Positions 28,564 through 32,000 of a stretch of DNA of 32,000 nucleotides are shown one piece after another. A program made the position numbers and the translations under genes. The notes beneath the pieces were generated by a model, which searched no databases, had not been told where the DNA came from, and saw nothing but the letters and a program-made list of their open reading frames with translations. The DNA comes from Pseudodesulfovibrio mercurii (lineage in GTDB: Bacteria; Desulfobacterota; Desulfovibrionia; Desulfovibrionales; Desulfovibrionaceae). Where the stretch lies: assembly GCF_000189295.2 (NCBI RefSeq), contig NC_016803.1, positions 1,950,001-1,982,000 of the forward strand, read 5' to 3'. Position 1 is the stretch's first letter. Each line of letters starts with the position of its first letter.

Positions 28564-28666
28564 GGAGCCTGCGGCTCCGCGCTGAAGAGCGCGCCTGCGG
28601 CGCGGAGAGCCGGGATGGAGCTGCGCTCCTCCCTCCGAGAGCCAGCGAGGCGGTTGCACCGCCTCG
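28564..28666. repeat. Cluster of four short GC-rich hairpins, all with a TGC triloop
   Basis: GGAGCC-TGC-GGCTCC (28564-28578), CGCGCC-TGC-GGCGCG (28590-28604), GGAGC-TGC-GCTCC (28617-28629), CGAGGCGGT-TGC-ACCGCCTCG (28646-28666). Confidence 0.8.
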
Positions 28667-28980
28667 GCTTCCATGCCCTCCCGGCGGGGTCCATTTTTTT
28701 GCTGGCCCAAAAAAATAGACGAAAAAAAGGGCCTTGCGGGGGGAGCGGCCGCCCGGGGAGGGGGCGCAAGAATCCGATCCGCTCGGGGCGGCTCCATCTG
28801 AGCAAAAGTATAGTGCGACTCCCGGAGCGGAATGCCCCCTTTTGGGAAAGACCGAGCCTCGAAGGGACAAGAGCCGCCACCCCTTCGCGGTCGGCTTCTA
28901 CGCGCCCCCTCCAGGGCTGTGACGGTGCGGTGAAGAGGTGCGGGGGGGGACGCGGCGGGGCGTGCGTTTTGGTGGGGCCG

Positions 28981-29011
28981 AGAGCCGCTGTCGGGTGCCG
29001 GGGGCACCCGA
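28981..29011 (-). repeat. Inverted copy of the hairpin+CAGCGGCTCT module seen at 3334-3362
   Basis: Minus strand reads TCGGGTGCC-CCC-GGCACCCGA-CAGCGGCTCT. The arms and the 10-nt tail match the 3.3-kb locus. Confidence 0.8.
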
Positions 29012-29297
29012 GTCGCTCCAGTGGGTGCGAGTTGGGGGAGTGTGGGCTTGGGGATGGGGGTTGAAGGCGGGAGTTTGCGTTGGGAGAGCCATGAAAGGGA
29101 AGGAAATGTGGGGGCTCCTACACCTCCCGCGACGCGTTTCTCCTGAGTCCCCAATTTTTCCCAGGGCCGCCGCCAAGGCGGTCCGCCACCCCCCTGTCGC
29201 GAGTGCGGCCAAACCCGCTGTGCTCTTTTCAAGCCCGTCTACAGACGAGGCCCCCCAACCTCCACCGCGCGAGCGCGGCCCAATTTTTCTCACCCCG

Positions 29298-29593
29298 CCT
29301 CTTCGTGCCCGGCCATTCGTCCCGGCCCACTCCCCACACCCGAAGAGCGGTAGTCGGCGGCGGACCCTAGAGCCCGTGTTCGGCGGCGAAAGCGCGGGTT
29401 TGAGCGCGTCTGCGCAGCAGACATTCGCTCACAACCAGCGAAAGCCGCCTACGGGCTCTTGGGTCCGTCGGCGGGCGGCAGCACCGAAGCGCAGTTTTTG
29501 CTTCCTTTTTTCTGCGCCGGCAAAAAGGAAGTCGCCGTAAAGGCGAAATACGATGTGAGGATGACAGTCCTCAGCTCCGACGCGGATGCGCGG
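29298..29593. repeat. Tandem direct repeat, copy A (about 296 bp), non-coding
   Basis: It aligns by eye with 29686-29982, with about 20 differences including one 1-nt indel. It contains a 105-nt rod hairpin (29362-29466) and the hairpin CTTCCTTTTT...AAAAAGGAAG. Confidence 0.9.
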
Positions 29594-29685
29594 ATAAATC
29601 CAAGGAGTCTCTCCCTCCCAGGCCCGCCGCAGGGCGATCCACTACAACACCGCCGCGCAAGCGCGGACAACTTCTCGACTTCAGA

Positions 29686-29982
29686 CCTCTTCGTACCCGG
29701 CCATCCGCTCCGGCCCACTCCTCGCACCCGAAGAGCGGTAATGGGCGGCGGACCCTAGAGCCCGTGTTCGGCGGCGAAAGCGCGGGTTTGAGCGCGTCTG
29801 CGCGGCAGACATTCGCTCACAACCAGCGAAAGCCGCCTACGGGCTCTTGGGTCCGTCGACGCGCGGCAGCACCGCAGCGCAGTTTTTGCTTCCTTTTTTC
29901 TGCGCCAGCAAAAAAGGAAGTCGCCGTAAGGGCGAAATACGATGTAGGGATGACAGTCATCAGCCCCCACGCGGATGCGCGG
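29686..29982. repeat. Tandem direct repeat, copy B (about 297 bp), non-coding
   Basis: It starts 388 bp after copy A. The rod hairpin is at 29750-29854. The ~92-bp spacer (29594-29685) resembles the sequence preceding copy A more loosely. Confidence 0.9.
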
Positions 29983-30009
29983 CCATATTCAAGCGCCCCA
30001 CTTCTTCAT

Positions 30010-30043
30010 AAAAAAGGGCCGCTCCCCGGCAGGGGAACGGCCC
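30010..30043 (-). terminator. Rho-independent terminator downstream of the 117-aa gene
   Basis: Minus strand reads GGGCCGTTCCCC-TGCC-GGGGAGCGGCCC (one mismatch) followed by T6. Confidence 0.8.
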
Positions 30044-30065
30044 TTCACCTCTTCAAACGAAGGGA

Positions 30066-30419
30066 CTAGGCCTCCAGTTCCTTCATCAACCACTCCTTGA
30101 TGGGCGGGGTCAACTCGAGGATGCCCTTGATGCCCTTGATGTCTTCGAGCAGCTGCTTGGCCAGGTCCTCGGGAATCTTCTTGGAACACAGGATGGTCGA
30201 TCCGTAGTTGTCCATGCGCATGAGCACCACCTTGGGCTCACCCCAGGTGTCCATGGCGAAATATACCGAATATTCCCCGGACGTGGTCACCGGCGAACGC
30301 ATGGCGTCGCGATAGTTGTTGTTGCCCCATTCCAGGTACAGGGTGACGGCATCCTCGTGGATCATGTCCCAGTTCACTTCGTTCAGCCACTGCCTGCATG
30401 CGTTGGTGTCGTCGCTCAT
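30066..30419 (-). CDS. Hypothetical 117-aa cytoplasmic protein
   Basis: A clean ORF with GGAGGA 4 nt upstream of the ATG, its own promoter and its own terminator. Composition is coding-like but slightly less GC-rich than the neighbours. I do not recognise the family. Confidence 0.7.
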   Translation of the reverse strand: MSDDTNACRQWLNEVNWDMIHEDAVTLYLEWGNNNYRDAMRSPVTTSGEYSVYFAMDTWGEPKVVLMRMDNYGSTILCSKKIPEDLAKQLLEDIKGIKGILELTPPIKEWLMKELEA

Positions 30420-30449
30420 ATTTCCTCCAAAAGTGTGTTGTCCATTTTT

Positions 30450-30480
30450 TGATAATAAGTATCACTTGGAGTTCTGTCCA
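30450..30480 (-). promoter_or_regulatory. Sigma70-like promoter (TGGACA-N17-TATTAT) with a Fur-box-like 6-1-6 inverted repeat over the -10
   Basis: The minus strand has TGGACA (30480-30475), a 17-nt spacer and TATTAT (30457-30452). TGATACT-T-ATTATCA (30464-30450) matches GATAAT-N-ATTATC at 11 of 12 arm positions. Confidence 0.5.
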
Positions 30481-30485
30481 GCCTC

Positions 30486-30908
30486 TTACGGATCAATGCC
30501 GTCCTCCCGGTTCCGGCGCATCACCCAGACCAGCACCGCGAAGCCGAAAAGCAGCCCCAGCGCGGCCAGTTCGCGCACCCACAGTCCCCAGACCAGCACC
30601 CCGGCCAGCAGCAGCGCGCCCAGCAGCCGCGACCACTTGACCCGGTTCCACGGCGCGGCCGACCAGTTCTTCTCCCACTCCACGCCCCGGCGGGCCAGCC
30701 CGAACCACCAGTTCTCCGGCGGCGCGGGCAGGTCCAGCTCGAAAAATCCCGCGCCCAGCAGGATCAGCGAGGCGGCCAGCAACAGATAGCCGTGCGCGAA
30801 CAGGGCCAGGCCGAACAGGACCAGGGCCGCCGCATGCAGGCTCCAGTTCCACGGCTGGCGGTGTCTCGACAACGCGAGCGCAAACAACGACGACGGCGTG
30901 ACGGCCAT
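30486..30908 (-). CDS. Hypothetical small membrane protein (about four TM segments)
   Basis: ATG at 30908 has GGAGGAG upstream. Hydrophobic segments alternate with Trp/Arg-rich loops. I do not recognise the family. Confidence 0.6.
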   Translation of the reverse strand: MAVTPSSLFALALSRHRQPWNWSLHAAALVLFGLALFAHGYLLLAASLILLGAGFFELDLPAPPENWWFGLARRGVEWEKNWSAAPWNRVKWSRLLGALLLAGVLVWGLWVRELAALGLLFGFAVLVWVMRRNREDGIDP

Positions 30909-30947
30909 GACTCCTCCCGCCCGACCATACAAACGACCTCGCCGTCA

Positions 30948-30976
30948 TTGCAACCCATTACGGGTTTTTGTAAAAC
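30948..30976 (+). promoter_or_regulatory. Possible sigma70 promoter of the pncC-like gene (TTGCAA-N17-TAAAAC)
   Basis: The hexamers lie at 30948-30953 and 30971-30976. The SD GGAGGA is at 30985-30990 and the ATG at 30996. Confidence 0.35.
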
Positions 30977-30995
30977 CGGAACACGGAGGACAAAC

Positions 30996-31481
30996 ATGGA
31001 CACCTATCTCATCGCGCGGGCCGTGGCCGAACTCGGCGAATGCCTGCGCGCGCAAAATCACTTCCTGGCCACCGCCGAGTCCTGCACCGGCGGGCTGCTC
31101 GCCAGCACCCTGACCGATACCCCCGGCAGCTCCGAATGGTTCGCCGGGTCCGTGGTCGCCTACTCGAACACGGTCAAGAACAAACTCCTGGACGTGCCCG
31201 CCGCCACCCTCGAAGAACACGGCGCGGTCTCCGAACCCGTCGTCCTGGCCATGGCCCGGGGCGCGCTCAAGACCATCGGCGCGGACGTGTCCGTGGCCAT
31301 CTCCGGCATCGCCGGACCCTCCGGCGGCACCCCGGACAAACCCGTGGGCACCGTCTGGATCGCCTGGGCCTGGCCCGACGGCATACGCGCCCGAAAATAC
31401 CACTTCCAGGGCAACCGCGACCAGATCAAGGGACAATCCGTCATGACCGCCATCAACGGGCTGCTCGGCGTGACGAAGTAG
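30996..31481 (+). CDS. pncC: Nicotinamide-nucleotide amidohydrolase, CinA C-terminal domain type (PncC-like)
   Basis: LATAESCTGGLLA, GSVVAYSNxxKxxLLxV and VAISGIAGPSGGTPDKPVGTVWIA are characteristic CinA-C blocks. The product is 161 aa. Confidence 0.85.
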   Translation: MDTYLIARAVAELGECLRAQNHFLATAESCTGGLLASTLTDTPGSSEWFAGSVVAYSNTVKNKLLDVPAATLEEHGAVSEPVVLAMARGALKTIGADVSVAISGIAGPSGGTPDKPVGTVWIAWAWPDGIRARKYHFQGNRDQIKGQSVMTAINGLLGVTK

Positions 31482-31645
31482 CAAGGGGGCGTGAAAGGGC
31501 GAGCGGGGAATGCCTCCGGCGGCCCCTTCGGGACGCCGCATGGCCGCGCACAGCCAGGCCCTCCACCAAGCAGCACCCAACCCAACCGGATGCCATCCCG
31601 CGTCCGCACGCCCCTGCCGAAGGCACACAAAAAGTTTGGGAGAGT

Positions 31646-31675
31646 CCAGAGAACCCTTTTCAAAGGGTTCTCTGG
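31646..31675. repeat. Perfect 14-bp-stem palindrome CCAGAGAACCCTTT-TC-AAAGGGTTCTCTGG (REP-like; related to 3159-3214)
   Basis: I checked the arms base by base. On the minus strand it is followed by TCCCAAACTTTTTGTG, which mirrors TTCCCAAACTCTTTGTC after the 3.2-kb palindrome. A second hairpin, CTGGGGC-AGC-GCCCCAG, follows at 31682-31698. Confidence 0.85.
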
Positions 31676-31742
31676 CGGGGCCTGGGGCAGCGCCCCAGCC
31701 GTCGGAGACGCCCGCCCGGCGAGGGCCCGCCGGAGGCTTCTT

Positions 31743-32000
31743 CTACTCCATGCCCTCGTCCACGAGCAGGCCTCTGCCCGAGGCGGCGCCTCTGGCCAGG
31801 TCGTCCACGCGTTCGTTGAGCAGGTGACCGGCGTGTCCCTTGACCCAGTGGAAGGTGACGTCGTGTTCTTCGATGAGGGGCATGAGCCGTTGCCAGAGGT
31901 CCTGGTTCTTGACCGGTTTCTTGGCGGCGGTTTTCCAGCCGTTGCGTTGCCAGTTCTTGAGCCAGCGTTGGGTGATGGCCTGCTGGACGTATTTGGAGTC
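31743..32000 (-). CDS. rnhA: Ribonuclease HI (3' part; 5' end outside window)
   Basis: It is not in the ORF track because it is truncated by the window edge. My reverse-complement translation reads ...[20 protein letters not shown]...[26 protein letters not shown]...DEGME, with the stop at 31743-31745. Confidence 0.85.
   Translation of the reverse strand, partial: DSKYVQQAITQRWLKNWQRNGWKTAAKKPVKNQDLWQRLMPLIEEHDVTFHWVKGHAGHLLNERVDDLARGAASGRGLLVDEGME

Noticed and set aside
28525-29540. ORFs of 235, 276, 200, 133 and 131 aa inside the 28.5-30.07 kb region
   Set aside because: They are Arg/Pro/Gly-rich in every frame, overlap one another on both strands, lack SDs, and run straight through hairpins and tandem repeats. 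I treat the region as non-coding.
29298-29982. Possible CRISPR array
   Set aside because: The repeat unit is about 296 bp with a 388-bp period and only two copies. There are no 25-40-bp direct repeats separated by unique spacers, and no cas genes in the window.

Overview
High-GC chromosomal segment whose gene content points to a Desulfovibrio-type sulfate reducer. That assignment is an inference from roo, dfx, rbr, perR, a DcrA-like c-haem chemoreceptor and futalosine-pathway genes. I can support about 35 protein-coding genes, mostly on the minus strand. By eye I found no rRNA, tRNA, CRISPR array, transposase or integrase. Layout: (1) 1-3.1 kb holds small plus-strand genes: OmpA-like (partial), a secreted hypothetical, an EEP-family nuclease/phosphatase, YwbE and YaiI. 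(2) 3.4-7.0 kb is a compact oxygen/ROS-defence island, perR | rbr-dfx | Rd-Rd | roo, with recognisable promoters, operator-like boxes and terminators. (3) 7.2-9.7 kb holds a tetrahaem cytochrome c followed 9 nt later by a c-haem MCP. (4) 9.9-17.4 kb holds purL, a polyprenyl synthase, an MqnB-like nucleosidase, a nucleotide-sugar dehydrogenase, DUF2065, UbiE/MenG and a coupled 64-aa ORF. (5) 17.6-19.8 kb holds a DMT/DUF486 protein, CreA, a Nif11-like small protein and an outer-membrane beta-barrel candidate. (6) 19.9-22.5 kb is secA. (7) 22.6-26.0 kb holds four tandem, divergent paralogs of a six-TM membrane protein family I cannot assign. Two of them are frameshifted, and the array is packed 2-6 nt apart directly behind a GlcD/GlcF-type D-lactate dehydrogenase pair at 26.0-28.5 kb. 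(8) 28.5-30.07 kb is a 1.56-kb non-coding, hairpin-dense mosaic repeat region. It includes a tandem duplication with a 388-bp period, and each copy carries a 105-nt rod-like hairpin. (9) 30.07-32 kb holds a 117-aa gene behind a Fur-box-like promoter, a small membrane protein, a PncC/CinA-C-like gene and rnhA (partial). The best candidates for something undescribed are the membrane-protein array (7) and the structured repeat region (8). Its modules recur in two other intergenic loci of this window. All functional calls rest on motif recognition by eye; no database search was possible.
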